A stretch of DNA of 64,000 nt from the NCBI RefSeq assembly GCF_001194135.2, contig NC_068997.1, forward strand, positions 9,067,244 to 9,131,243, written 5' to 3'. The notes beneath the pieces are model-generated. The model had not been told where the DNA came from, did not search any database, and saw only the letters and a list, made by a program, of their open reading frames with translations. This DNA is from Octopus bimaculoides (lineage: Eukaryota). Made by a program: the position numbers and the translations under genes. Of the stretch, positions 1-14,988 are shown piece after piece (position 1 is the stretch's first letter; the number at the start of each line of letters is the position of its first letter).

Positions 1-2351
1 AGGCTGACCAAATGCTTGAAGTATAAAATTTGGTGGAGTGACTGTTCCTGTTCTTGAATGGCCTACTTCAGCACTGCTATCATCACCAGGGATGACTTCA
101 GTGGGGTCCCTTCTGTTGCAAACATCTGGAGCAGTTTCTAGTTTGAAGATAACTTCCTCCTTCCCTCCTAGCAATCTCTGAGACATCATTCTTCCTCCTT
201 TGATCAAACCATTAAAAAAAAAAAAAAAAAAAAAAATCTTCTACACACGCTCACTTATATAAATTATTCAAAACGACCAAATATTCAACAACAGCATCAA
301 ATATTATGATTGCCGGCATGAAATAATGTAAGGGGTCCAGACTGAAGACCGAAGCTAGCAATTTTGCACCCCCCCACTCCTATGAATATAATATTTGAAG
401 CAACATTATCAGATTAAAACTCATTCCTGTCCTATTTTATTAATCCATTCACATCTTTTCATTTAAATATTCACAAAAAAAAAAGAAAAAAAAGAATTGT
501 GACCTCAATAAACTTGACACGCCTCAACAAAACATAGATTGGTATATAAAACTGCTTTCTGCTGCCAAAGGTAATGATATTTTGAGAGGATATATTTGCT
601 TAATTAATAAGGGTTAATTAGAAATATGGATTTTATTGTCACACGATAAATTGACCAAACAGTCATAACCAATGTATGAAAATGTATGTTTACCATGTTA
701 GCCTCCAACAGAAGGCCGGAAGCCAACAGAAGAGAGCCCAAAGACCCACCAATGATTTGTTTAACGCTTCGAATTAGTAAATATACAGTAAGTTTAATAA
801 CCCAGTTGTTTTATAAATAATGTAAACAGAATGGAGCTAGAAATACACTCATGTATTTCTAGATACACCAAATAGTACAGTGGAGTAAGAGTGTGTAGGG
901 GGAACTCCAAAAAAAAATTATTATTGTGGATTAGCAGGATCATTAGAGGCTTGAAATAAAAAAAAAAAAATGCTTAGCAATATTTGTTCCAGCTCTTTAT
1001 GTTCTGAGTTCAAACCCTGCTGAGGTTGAACTTTATTTTATTCCTCCCAGGATGAAAATCAAAGTATCAGATAAACAGTGGGTTGACTGCATCGACCAAC
1101 TCCTCATATCAAATTTGCTGACCTTGTGCCTAAATTAGAAATATTACTATTATTATATATATGGTGGGCTTCTTTCAGTTTCTGCCTACCAAATCCACTC
1201 ACAAAGCATGGCAAGTAGAAGACACTCGTCCAAGGTTCCACACGGTGGGACTGAACAAGTAGAAGACACTTGCCTGGTGGGACTGGGCGAGTAGAAGACA
1301 CTCACCCAAGGTTCCACATGCCGGGACTGAACCCGGAACCATGTGGTTGGGAAGCAAGCTTCTTACCACACAGCCACACGTAAGAAAAAAAAATGATAAA
1401 GATGAAAAAGCATAACTGAAAATGATGTGAGTTAAGGTATGCCTGTATTAATTTTCTTTTTTCATCTCATCATCATCATCATCTGATACTAAAACTTGAT
1501 TAATGCTCATAAAATATAGCGCCTTCATTATGCATCTGAAGTACTGAGACAGTTTTCAGAAATATACAAAAGTAAGACAACAACAACAATAAAACAGAAA
1601 TATCAAAATAAATATCCCAACCCTCAGCTGTTTCCAATTGAAATAATATTTTTCCGAGGCCAGATATGTCCTTGTGGAATATTGAAAATGAATGACACTG
1701 CTTGTGTGATGGTGACACTCATTTACAGCTATCACACAATGTCAAGCACACACACACACATAATATGATGGGTTTCTTTCAGTTTCTATCTACCAAATAC
1801 ACTGACAGTGCTTTGGTCGGCTTGGGGCTATAGCAGAAGACACATGCACAAAGTACCACACATGTAGTTTGAAAGCAAATGTTTTACTACACAGCCACAC
1901 CTGTGCCTATAACTGCAGAAACAAAGGTTCCTAGTTCGAATCTAGATGATATTGTGTACATGTAAATGTATCAAGATGAGGTTAATAGTCTGAAATGATA
2001 TAACTTTAGAAATAATAATTTTCTGGGAAATCTATAAGGAACTTTTTATATTTCCTTTCCACACCAACAAAGCATAAGACCCACGGCATAATGACTATTT
2101 GCCAGTAAAGTAGCAAAGAAATAAAAATACATAAATATATATATATATATATACACAACCCCCTAGCTGAAGCAAAAAAAAAAAAAAAAGACTTGCTAAA
2201 AAAGTGCTAGTGAATTTTTCAGACTCCCTTCAAAAATAAATTGTCAAACTCCCTTGTAAAACAAAATTTCAAAGCTAAAACCCTAATGCGTTATATTTTT
2301 TTAGTAATGTAAATTTCCTTTTTCTCCTTGGAAATTTCATTAGTTCTGTCG

Positions 2352-2378
2352 TTATAATTCTTCATGTGTTTTCTTTGG
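2352..2378 (-). CDS. POGLUT2: KDELC terminal coding exon 9 (PKKTHEEL*)
   Basis: Long polypyrimidine tract ttttctttctttttttag| cca aag aaa aca cat gaa gaa tta taa; gives a KDEL-like tetrapeptide at the expected position. Confidence 0.88.
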   Translation of the reverse strand, partial: PKKTHEEL

Positions 2379-2625
2379 CTAAAAAAAGAAAGAAAATATT
2401 GAATATTATTATAAGGGATCAGCATGAAATTAACCCTTTAGTATTTAAACTGGTCATATCCAGCCCAAATATTCTACCTCTTTTGTAGTTAAACTGACCA
2501 GATCTGGCCTCTCACACCTACTCTACAATGTCGTTCTAAACATTAACAGCTACCTCATCAAAGCTACAAGATATTACATGATTAATTAAAGACAAGTGAA
2601 TTGGGGTTAGTAGCCCAGGCAGTGA

Positions 2626-2661
<36 letters not shown>

Positions 2662-5600
2662 TAATAATAATAATAATAATAATAACAATAATAATAACAA
2701 CAACAACATCGAAAAATGCCTAAGGAATGAGAACCAGGGTTCAAAATTTTCCAAGACACCTGATTAAGGCTGGAGGGTATATCAGCCGAAACGTTGTGCT
2801 AACAACAAACAAGATGAGGACAAATATCCATCAAATGTAAATAATGTAAATAATAGAAATTATGTTTTCTCAAGTGCAACATACCATGTCAAAACTCACA
2901 CACTGGATGAGAAGCTTCAACACTTGGCTAGTAATCCTTTAGCATTCAGATTACTCTGCCAAATTTAATGCATATTTATTCACATTGTTTTGAATTAATC
3001 ATACATTATGTCATAGCTTTGAGATTTCAATGATGTGGCTGTTTATTTTACCGGTGACATAGTAGGGTAGGTGTGAGAGTCCAGATCTGGCCAGTTTTAA
3101 CAAAACAGGTAGAATACAGGAGCTGGATATAGCCAATTTAAATTCCATGGGTTACAAATGGGATCATCTCAATGGATGGAATAGAAGCATTCAAAGTCAA
3201 AGTACACAAATATCGTTTTTATCCTTTTACCATTGTCGTTGCAGTGAATCAGTGATTGACTAGTTGGACATCTCTATCATTTCAGGGGTCTAATAATGTG
3301 AATTACACATCAAATATCTCAATTAGATTCCATAGTCCTTTCATAATAAAGTAAACAGATAGTTAATGGCTGTCAGGTGACAGTGCAGGACTACTGATGT
3401 CATTAACTTAAATGATACTCTGTTGGTTATGTATCTGAGTTCAAATTCTGCCAAGGTTGCTACAACACTCTCCTTGCCATGATATCACATGATAGTTGCA
3501 AACGAGTGCTACTGTCATACAAGTGGTGTCGATCATTTCTAACCTTCTATGAAATCATGTCTGGCCATGGAGAGATACTACCTTACTTAGAATCAGGTAA
3601 GGGTTGGTGACAGGAAGGGCATCCAGCCATTAAAAAAATCCACCTCAATAAACTCTGCCCAACCCATGCAAGCATGGACATAAAGAAGGTGATGATGATG
3701 TTAACTGATCTTTCTACTGTTTTCCAATTTACATCTGCTTCTACTTAACTAACTAATGTCATGGTAGTAGAGAAGCTGAATATTATTATTATTAATAGTC
3801 ACACAAATGAAGTAAAGACAATAATACCTTTTTTCTATGGCACTGGCAGTATGAATCGTCGTCTGAAGGTTGGTCAACTTTAGTGAAAGTACTGTCTGGT
3901 ATTGGTTTGGCTTTGAGAAGTTTTGAGTATTTCTGGAGAAAATAAGAATAAAAAAACAAATTAACTTAAACAAAGAAAAAATATTTCAAGTTTTTTTTTT
4001 TAATTAATAAAATTAATTAATAGAGTTGTTACTGAACAGTTTCTGATATAGTTGATCTATTATCCTTTACTTGTTTTAGTCATTAAACTACGGCCATGCT
4101 GGGGCACTGCCTTGAAAAGTTTAGCCATACAAATTCACCCCAGTGTTTACTTTTGTAAAATCTGGTATTTACTCTGCTGGTCTCATCTGCCAAATCACTA
4201 AATTCAAGGATATAAATGATCCAACACCAGTTGTCAAGCAGTGGTGGCACACATACACACACACACACACTTGTTTCATGACAGTTTCCACATAGTTTCC
4301 ATCTAGCAAATTCACTCACAATGCTATCCCTTCGCCTGGTTTAGTCAAATTTCGATCAATGTCCAATGTTTTAAATCCAGGTTTGTCCCTGTTAAGAGGG
4401 GTGGCTGGATCTATCTCACTCTTACAGCAACTGCTCTCACACTATCTTGGGTGTCCTCCCTCCTCAAGTCAATCTTCCCAATCTCCTCTACCTGTCCCCG
4501 CCATGTTTTCTTTGGTCAACCTCACTTTCGTGGTTCATATTTATAAATGTAAACATAATGATTTAAATTTATTGAAACGTGAACATTAAAATGAATTTGT
4601 TGCTGTAAAGAGTTTCTGGTATGGTTTAGCTAAACTTATACAGTTATAAAGTATGAATAACGTACAGATTTATTGTTATCAGTTAGTTATAACAATTAGA
4701 TAAGCTAATAGAAGTCCCATCTATTAGATAAGTCACCAACTAGTAAAACTTTTGTTCAAATGTTGAATTGTTTTCTTTTAACATGCATGTGTGTGTGTGT
4801 GCTATATGCAGGTTAGCCTTACATTAATACACTTATGATCAAAACTTTTCTAGCTGTAATCCTCCTCTAATTTCTTTCTCTTAACTACTTGTCTTTCTCT
4901 TGAAAGACAAGTAAGGTGTGATTTGAATGGAATTAGACTTCAATCTCTCATAGGCCAAGTGATTACAGATGTTTCCCTATTGAAATTTTAAGTGATGGGA
5001 AATGGAATAACTTGTAAATTTTCGTTGTCTTTACATTTACTTTAGCAATGTAAGTAACACATCTTAAATTGGCTTTCCAGGAGTCAACAAAATTAACAAA
5101 GAACTGATATATATTTGACAAAATTAATCATAGCAACCAACAATAGCTCTTTGGACATAGGCAAGTTCAATATTCTGTCATGGTAATACAGAATTAATCA
5201 CAAGACAGGGTCGACAAATTATGACTGCATCAGTATAAACTGGTCATCTTTTACTTGTTTCAGTCACTGGACTGTGACCATGCTAGGGCACCACCTTGAT
5301 TCTGCTTTGGAAAGGCAAGTTCAAACAGATCCACAATGAGTACTTCTTCATAGTCCTGGTTCATTCTCATAAGACTGACAAATCATTCAGTACTACTAGG
5401 AACCATACCTAGTATCTGTTTGAAAGCCAATGAGGGAGTCTTTGTATGGGTGCTTGACAGATAGTTGGCTGCTAGAAACAGCAGCTAAATACCCCTCAAC
5501 CATACCCTTTGTACTGTCTCATAAAAGGACACAGTAGATAATGTTGTCTGTTATACATTATTTCACAAGAAACAAAAGCATGATCATAAACGCTTTTAAT

Positions 5601-8600
5601 CATAGACCTGTTTGTCTACTCTGTCATAGCTAATCTTTATTTTCTATTATGATACCATTCACATCTAAAATGCTTTGTAGGTAGACATAGCCAATTCGTC
5701 ACTTGATTCGTATTTTATTTCATCAGCAGGATGAAAGGGTAAAAGCTTGCCATGGCAGGATTTGAACTCATGATGTAAAAGGGATAGGATTAAAATACTA
5801 ACAAGGTATTTTGTCCAATGCTTTAATGCTTCTCCAAAATCCTTCAGCTGGTATGAAACTATGATCTATTTATATCTTACGCCTCAGTGAACTGATCTCA
5901 TTAGTTAAATGTCTTTCCCAAACATAGCAAGCATTTTTTTCTCAGTGTGAAGTGTCATTAACTCAGCCATGACTTGAGATGTTTTCTGTGACAGCTTAAC
6001 CCATTTGTTGCCATATTTCTGTAGAAATACACAGCATTGGTTTCAATTAATTCTTAAAATAATGCAGAATTTATCAAATATTCCTTACTGGGAGAGACTT
6101 GCAATTTTTATAGGTATGGGCATGGCTGTGTGTTTAAGAAGCTCATATTACAACCATATGGTTTCAAGTTCAATCCTGAAACTGTATGACACTTTGAGTA
6201 AGTATCTTCCGCTATGGCTCTGGGCCAACCAATGCCTTGCGGATGAGTTTAAGATGGAAACTATTCAAGCTCATCATATATCATCATCATCATCATTTAA
6301 CGTCCGTTGTTCATGCTGGCATGGGTTAGACAGTTTGACTGGGCTGGCACGCTGCTGGAAGGCTGCACCAGACTCCAGTCAGATTTGGCATGGTTTTCTA
6401 TAGCTGGATGCCCTTCCTAATGCCAACCATTCCGAGATTGTATTAGGAGCTTTTACATGCCATTCCTTAGAGAATTACATGCCATTCCTTAGAGGGTCAT
6501 TGAGGTAGATTCCTCAGACACCTCCTCTTTAGGGTTCTCTCAGAAGCAGTCATCATTAGACTTTCTGGTTGGATTCCCAAGCATGACCAACTGTAACAAT
6601 GGATATTATCCAACCATTTTGTTCTTGGTCTTTCCTTAGATATCCTACAGCATGGCCTGGTTTTGAATCCATCTTGGGATTTCTTCCTATGACATTTTAA
6701 TCATATATCCGTAGTATTGGAGCTGTGACCTCTCAATGCAGAGACATCGTTTGACCTGGAGAGACTCCCTGATCTCCATACTCATGTACCCTGTCAAGTA
6801 ACAACACTCCAGAGATTCTCTGGAGGAACCCCATTTCTGCCACTTGTATTCATGATCTTTCAGTCATTATACTTAAGAAGAATACGTATGAAAACCAAAT
6901 TGAGGATAAGGAGTTTGGCTATTTTGCCAACTTCTCTTCTGAGCATCGAATTATGGAGCTGGTGCTTTACTGTGTCAGCACCTGTAATTCTAGCATCCAA
7001 TTAAGCTTCCTGCCTTCCATTACTTGTAAATACGGTCCAAAAGATATTTAAACTTCTCCACTAGCTTCAGGGATGTTCCACTAACATGCAGAATGCAATA
7101 TGAAGAATTTTTTCAGAGGATCAATGTCTCAGTCTTTGCAACACTAATTCTTATCCCTGCCTTGCAGTGAACTCATTCAGTGTGTTCACTGGAGATGATG
7201 TTGATGGGGAAGATGGTTTCAACACTGATGACCAATGTGACTGAAGAAGAAGAAGAAAGAAGGAAGGGAGGAGGAGAAGGAAAGGAAGAGTAGGAAGGTA
7301 AGAGAAGAAAAATAATAAAGAAGGTGGTGGTGGTAGTGGTGATGACGATGATGGTGATACTGCTATTAAAGATGATGATGATGATGATGATGGTGATGAT
7401 GTCGATGATAATGCTACTAATCAAGTTAATACAACAGTAATAAAAGAAGCTGTTTTGTGGTTAATTTCAACTGGCTCGAAACAGAAGCCAAATCTTTTGA
7501 ATCACACACTAGTGTTGTAAAAGAAAGAAAGAAAAAAGAGAAGGGCATTAGATAATGAAACGACAGATTTCCTTGTGGAATAATCATGACCTGGAATGTC
7601 TGTGTGTGTGTTTGTGTTTTTACCATAAGTTTACTCAATCAGGGTTGGTCTGGAATTAAACAAGAACAATAAAGCTGCTTCTGTTGTCAGTGATTGCTGT
7701 TACTCCAAGCCAACACTTATCGAACAGGTTTACAATGTTTGAGGTAGACTTCTACCTCAAACAACTCTATTTTTTTTCTGCTATTTTTAGAAGCCCTCCC
7801 GTTACCTTTGTTGTTGTTGTGGACCTACAGGTGTACTGAAGCATTATTAGTTATGAATAAATATGATGAATCCATTGAGATGAATTGTTTGTGAAGCATA
7901 AATGGTTCAACGCATTTTTACAGTGTACCAAATATGAGGTAAATCTACAACAGCATGCTTGATTTCAGCTATGTTGATAAGGTTGTGGTGAGGCTAAGCA
8001 AGGCACTTTGCAACCACATGGTCTCAGGTTCAGTCCCAATGTGTGGCGCTTTGGGTAAAGATCTTTCTACCATAACCTTGTGCTGAATAATACAATGTAA
8101 GTGGATTTTTGTGAATATATCGTCATCATCATCAGGTATTGTATGCCTGCAGTACCTTGACGACACCACAACAAAAGTCTTCCCAATTAAGCGCGAGTTC
8201 TCCAGCTGCCTTGCCACTCTTGTCCAACCAGATTTTGATATTGTCCATCCATTGCATTCTTTGTCAGTCTTTTGATCTACTGCTCTTTCCTCTTCCTTCC
8301 AAACTTCTGCCGCTTCAAATATGGCCATAATAGATGAGCTTTGTTTTCTTCACAATGCTCAGGAGTTGTCATCTTTTACCTACTTGTTCTCATTCCCATT
8401 CATTCGTCTGACGGTTCTTGCAGCATTCTATAAAACCCACATTTCAAATGCATTGATTATATTCTCTTCAGCTTTATGAATACACATATCGTATAAATAA
8501 ATTTAAATGAATGAAAAAAATAAGAGAGTCCTTAATACAGATTTAGAGTAAAATATATTACTCTCAAATTTTGGCACAAGGCCAGCAATTTTAGAGAGGT

Positions 8601-11600
8601 GAGTAAGTCTCTTACACTGACCTAGTACTTATTTCAATGATCCTGAAACAGCCTTTAAAAAAACAAAAGCACACAGTGTATAACGTAGTCTAGTATGTCC
8701 CCACCAAAAGATGGTACAGTCATGGCAGGATTGTCTTATATCATTGGTCTGCATGATAACAGCTGGTTTCCAGCTCTACACACACATACACACTTCACCC
8801 ATGTGTATTAGCAAAGTATATAAACATCAGTAAGAAAGGAAAAAGGCCAGTGACACTCTCTTGTCAGTGTTGCTACCAGAAACGCAGTAAGCATTATACC
8901 CGTTGGAAATTTATAACCAATTTCATTATTCACAAAATGTGAAATAAAAATAAAAGCAATGCAAAAAACCCCCAAAAAGACAGCAATAAGAAGAAAGACA
9001 ATGCCAATACAAAGACTTACATTGATGAGGATGGCATGGTAACAGATTATATCTTTTGGCAAAAGACGATTCAGTACATAATTCTGAGCATTTTCCACGA
9101 TGTTTTTAACCTGAATTACACAAAAAGAAAAACAAATGAACAATATAATAGTTGGTATGCTATAAATTCAAAGAGTATTATCATTATTATTATTATTATT
9201 ATTATTATACTAACCTAGATTGTATAAAAAAGAAATGAACAATATAATTGGTATGCTATAAATTCAAAGGGTATTATTATTATTATTATTATTATATTAA
9301 CCTAAATAACACAAAAAAGAAATAAACAAGTGAATAATACGAAAGTTGGTATGTTATAAATTCAAAGAGTATTATTACTGGCAGAATAATTAGCACACCG
9401 GGTGAAATGCTTAGTGGTATTTTGCCTGTTGCTACGTTCTGAGTTCAAATTCCGCCAACGTCAACTTTGCCTTTCATTCTTTCAGGGCCAATAAACTAAG
9501 TACAAGTTGAGTACTGGGGTCGATGTGATCGACTGTCCCCTTCCCCACAAAATCCAGGCCATGTGCCTATAGTAGAAAGGATTATTATTATTACTATTGC
9601 TAAGGTGGTGAGCTGGTAGAAGTCTTAGCATGTTGGGAGAGATACTTAGTGGCATTTAGTCTGATTGTACATTCCAAGTCCAAATTCTGCTGAAGCCAAC
9701 TCTGTCTTACATCTTTTCAGGGTTGATAATATAAACACCTGTTGAGCACTGGGATCGACTTACTCTACTCCTGCCAAAAATGCTGGCCTTGTGCCAAAAT
9801 TTGTAATCTTCATCATCATCATCATCATTAAGGTGAGTAGCTGGCAGAATCGTTAGCATACCAGGCAAAATGCTTTGCGGTATTTCATCCATCTTCACAT
9901 TCTGAGTTCAAATTCTGCCGAGGTTGACTTTGCTTTTCATCCTTTCAGGGTTGATTAATAAGTACCAATAACACACTGGTGTCGATGTAATCGACTTAAC
10001 CCCCTTCCCCCAAATTTGAGGCCTTGTGCCTAGAGTAGAAAAGAATATTATTATTATTATTATTATCATTATTATTATTATTTTTATTATTAAGGTAGTG
10101 ATTTCTCAGAATAGCATGCCAAACAACAAGCTTAACAGCTTTTATTCTGGCTTTATATTTTAAGTTCAAATTCCACTGAGGTTGATTTTGCCTTTCAATC
10201 TTCCAGGGTTGAGAAAATAAGTACCAGTGGCACACTGGGGTTGATGTAATTGATTAGCCCTTTCCTCAAAAATTTCTGGTTTGTATTTATAGCAGAAAGG
10301 ACACCAAATACACATATGAAATATCATCAGGGTAGTTAGCTGTAATTTAGGGGACGGGGATAGTCAATTATGTCGACTCCTGTACTCAACTGGTATTTAA
10401 TTTATTGACCCCAAAAGAATGAAAGGCAAAGTCGATCTTGGTGGAATTTGAACCCAGAGAATAAAGGCAGACGAAATACCGTTAAACATTTCACCCAGCA
10501 TGCTAATGATTCTGCCGGCTTGCTGGCTTAATAATAATAATAATAATAATTTCAAATTTTGCCTCAAGGGCAGCAATTTTTGGGGAGGGGATGAGTTGAT
10601 TACATCGACCCCCAGTGCTCAACTGTGCTTAATTTATCAACCCTGAAAGGATGAAAGGCAAAGTTGACCTTGGTGGAATTTGAACTCAAAACGTAGCGAC
10701 AGACAAAATACTACCAGGTCATCCCATAAGTTCTGTCTGATTTTACCTTTTTTTAGAATTGAATGAAATTTATTAGTATTTTAGAATGTCTAATGGAATT
10801 AAAAATTATTTTTATGCATTTGTGTACATTTAAACTAATTAAATATTATTTTACAGAATAATAAAATTAAAATTTCTTTGATTAAAACCCTTTCTAACAT
10901 GGAAGTATCCAAAGAGCATTTGAGGCACATAATATTTTATGAGTACAAAAAAGGAAACTCTGGAGATGCCGATGATGACGATAATGATAAAAATGATAAT
11001 AATATGTATGTTTTTCATAGAAAGATATTTTTTCCAATATGTCTAGATGCTATAGGAAAAAAAGTAATAACTTAACACAGCAGGCTGTGGAATCACTAGC
11101 AAATTTTACATTTTTATCACTGTATCTCTGTTACTTGTGTCAGTCATTTGACTGCGGCCATGCTGGAGCACTGCCTTTAGTCGAGTAAATCAACCCCAGG
11201 ACTTATTCTTTGTAAGCCTAATACTTATTCCATCGTACTCTTTTGCCGAACCGCGAAGTTACGTGAACGTAAACACACCAGCATCAGTTGTCAAGCGATG
11301 TTGGGGGGACAAACACAGACACATAAACATATACACACATATACATACATATACATATATATATATATATATACAACGGGCTTCTTTCAGTTTCCATCTA
11401 CCAAATCCACTCACAAGGTTTTGGTCGGCCCGAGGCTATAGTAGAAGACACTTACCCAAGGTGCCATGCAGTGGGACTGAACTCAGAACCATGTGGTTGG
11501 TAAGCAAGCTACTTACCACACAGCCACTCCTGCACCTATATATCAAGTAATGAATTTTATTTTTTGTTTTAGTTTAATTAGTCAGAGGATGTAGGGTGGA

Positions 11601-12742
11601 GGTAGTTAGCATTTCGTTTTTACATGCTGGTACCATGTATAAAGCACCTGTGGTAGTGCCACATAAGAACTCAGTTCACTCTGTAAAGTGGTTGGTGTTA
11701 GGAAGGGGCATCAACCACAGAAACCATGCTAGAACAGAGAATTGGAACCTGGTGCAGCTTTCCAGCGGGCCAGCTCCCGTTAAACTATCCAACCATGCCA
11801 GTATGGAAAACAAACATCAAATGATGATGATGACTGGTGAGACAGTGAATACAGTTGATCCCCACTGGAAGAAACCCGTTGTATATATATGTGTGTGTGT
11901 GTCTTTGATTCTGTGTTTGCCTCCCACCAATGCTTGACAACCAATGTTGTTATATTTATGTTACCATAACTTAGTGGGTCAGCAAAAGAGACCAATTGAA
12001 TAAGTATCAGGCTTAGCAAAAGAATTAAGTGCTGGGGGTTGATTCATTTGACAAAAATTAAATTCTTCAAAGCCGTGCCCCAGCATGGCCGCAGCGTGAT
12101 GACTGAAATGAGTAAAAAGATAAAAAAAAAGAAACCTATTTCCACAACATTTAAATGTTCAAACTTACTTCATTTTCATGTTCTTTTGCCCATCGTAGTT
12201 GATCTAAGAGGTTACTCAAATTTCTCTTCACTGGGATATAGTGCACATAGGGAGTAAGTTCGTTGTAAAAATGTTCATAATAATGGGAATCTTGTTTCAA
12301 AACAACACTTGAGCCAGCCAGAAGGTAAGGGAAACGGTAAGCAGCCACAGTGCCATCAATATTCAATTGGTATTTGTGCTAAGGGATGGGCGAGAAAAAA
12401 AAAAAAAGAAAAATAAGTGTCTACATTTAATGCATAACTTTTCCAATTGTGTTACATAATTCAAAGAAAAATCTGATTCAACAATAACCAAAATTGTAAC
12501 AATAATATGTGGAAATGAAAGGAAATGTGTCTTCACGTATGAATATAGTTTGTTGCATAAGCACAACTATTATTTATAGCTACCAATATCTGAAAGACAT
12601 TGTGTGGTTCAGTTACAATAATATATATATATACACATACATAAATAAATATATATATATCCATTATATATTGTTAGTATAATGCACACACCAATATTTT
12701 TTAGTTGAAATGTGATTTTTTTTCATAACTTTTAGTTTACTT

Positions 12743-12777
<35 letters not shown>

Positions 12778-14430
12778 CTGACATGAATGCAAAATATGGA
12801 AAAAATTCAATTTTTAAACTCATGCAAAAAGCAATAAACTAAAGAATATATATATTTATATATTCTTTAGTCTTCATGATAAAAAAGGAAAAATAAACTT
12901 AACGGCCTAGCTTGAGTAGTCACTGATATACCAGAGCAGACAGTCAAGTATTTTCTAGAACACAGAGTGCCGTACCTGATGGCATAACAGATGCACAGGT
13001 ACATAAGAGGTGTCCTGATTTCAGCAATGCAGCACAAATAATTTTTAGTGGATTAAAGCATATAATATTCAAAGCAGCTTTGAATATTAGGACCCAGGAT
13101 GAATTTTATGAGACATTTTTTTAGTGGGGGGGGGGGATCTGAATGGGGTCTCAGGGAGTAATGTAGGTGGACTAATGTGGAAGGCACACACCTGTGAAAA
13201 GTGTTTTGCACATACTAGCATTAATATAGGCACAATATTTACAACTGATATGTTGTTGGCATTCCGTCGCTTACGACGTCGAGGGTTCCAGTTGATCCGA
13301 TCAACGGAACAGCCTGCTCGTGAAATTAACGTACAAGTGGCTGAGCACTCTACAGACACGTGTACCCTTAACGTAGTTCTCGGGGATATTCAGCGTGACA
13401 CAGTGTGACAAGGCTGGCTCTTTGAAATACAGGTACAACAGAAACAGGAAGAAAGAGTGAGAGAAAGTTGTGGTGGAAGAGCACAGCCGGGTTCGCCATC
13501 ATCCCCTGCCGGAGCCTCGTGGAGCTTTAGGTGTTTTCGCTCAATAAACACTCACAACGCCCGGTCTGGGAATCGAAACCGCGATCCTATGACCGCGAGT
13601 CCGCTGCCCTAGCCACTGGGCCATTGCGCCTCCACACCTGATATAACAATGTTACAAACAAGTTTTAGGGAAACAAAAAAAAAAAGAAATTTGATAAATG
13701 AGAATACAAAAAAGAAAAGCATACCTTAAAAAAATCAAAAAATGAGACAGGTTCTACAATTCTGCCATATTTTTTCTCGTCTTTTGGAAAGAAAAACATA
13801 TTTGTTAACATAGCATCAACCAAGTCTGGATGTTTCTTACTCAACATGACCAGGTTCAATCTCTCCTCACGACTGTCTCGTCCTCTCCAGAATGCTAAGT
13901 CAGATTTATTGGCCCAGGGTGGACTGTTGCCTTGGACAGAAAGTATATCAAGTGTTACCCTGCAGAATAAAAACAAGTTAATTAAATTATTAAATAAATT
14001 AATAATAATACAGACAAATGGATAAAGGAGATTGGAATGGAGTATCCTGTAGAGCTTCTCTTCATAGACAGCTTGCCTCTTAGTAACAAGGAAGATGATC
14101 GGAAGAGTTTTGAGCACTTGATGACTTATTGATCTAAGGTTACAAACAGCAGCCTGCAACCAACAAATTCTACCAGGAATAACACCAATCCTGAGTTAAA
14201 GATAATAATAATAGTAATCCTTTCTACTACAGGTACAAGGCCTGAAATTATGGGAAGGGGACTAGTCGATTACATCGACCCCCAGGGTTCCACTTGTATT
14301 TAGTTTATTAACACTGAAAGGATGAAGGGCAAAGTTGACCTCGGCAGAATTTGAAGTCAGAACATAAAGATGGACAAAATGCTGCTAAGCATTTTGCCTG
14401 GCGTGCTAACGATTTTGTCAGCTCACTGCC

Positions 14431-14466
<36 letters not shown>

Positions 14467-14842
14467 TGAGATGAAGTGTTTTGCTCAAGAACACAACACA
14501 TCACCCAGTTTAGGAATCGAAACCACGATCTTGTGGTCATGAGTGCAACACGCTAACCACTAGGCCAGGTTTCCTCATAATAATAATAATAATAATAATA
14601 ATCCTTTCTATTATAGGAACAAAGCCTGAAGTTCTGGGGGAGGGGTTTAGTCGATTACACCGACCCCCAGAATTTCACTGGTACTTAATTTATCGACCGC
14701 GAATAGATGAAAGGCAAAGTTGACCTTGGTGGAATTTGAACTCAGAACATAGCGACGGGTGAAATACTGCTAAGCATTTCGTCCACCATGCTAATAATTC
14801 TGCCAGCTCACCACCTTAATAATAATAATAATAATAATAATA

Positions 14843-14881
<39 letters not shown>

Positions 14882-14896
14882 GTAGTAGTAGTAGTG

Positions 14897-14988
<92 letters not shown>

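Noticed and set aside
13560-13633. tRNA gene
   Set aside because: A and B boxes are present but there is no complementary 3' acceptor strand; it continues into a SINE body with tail and TSD
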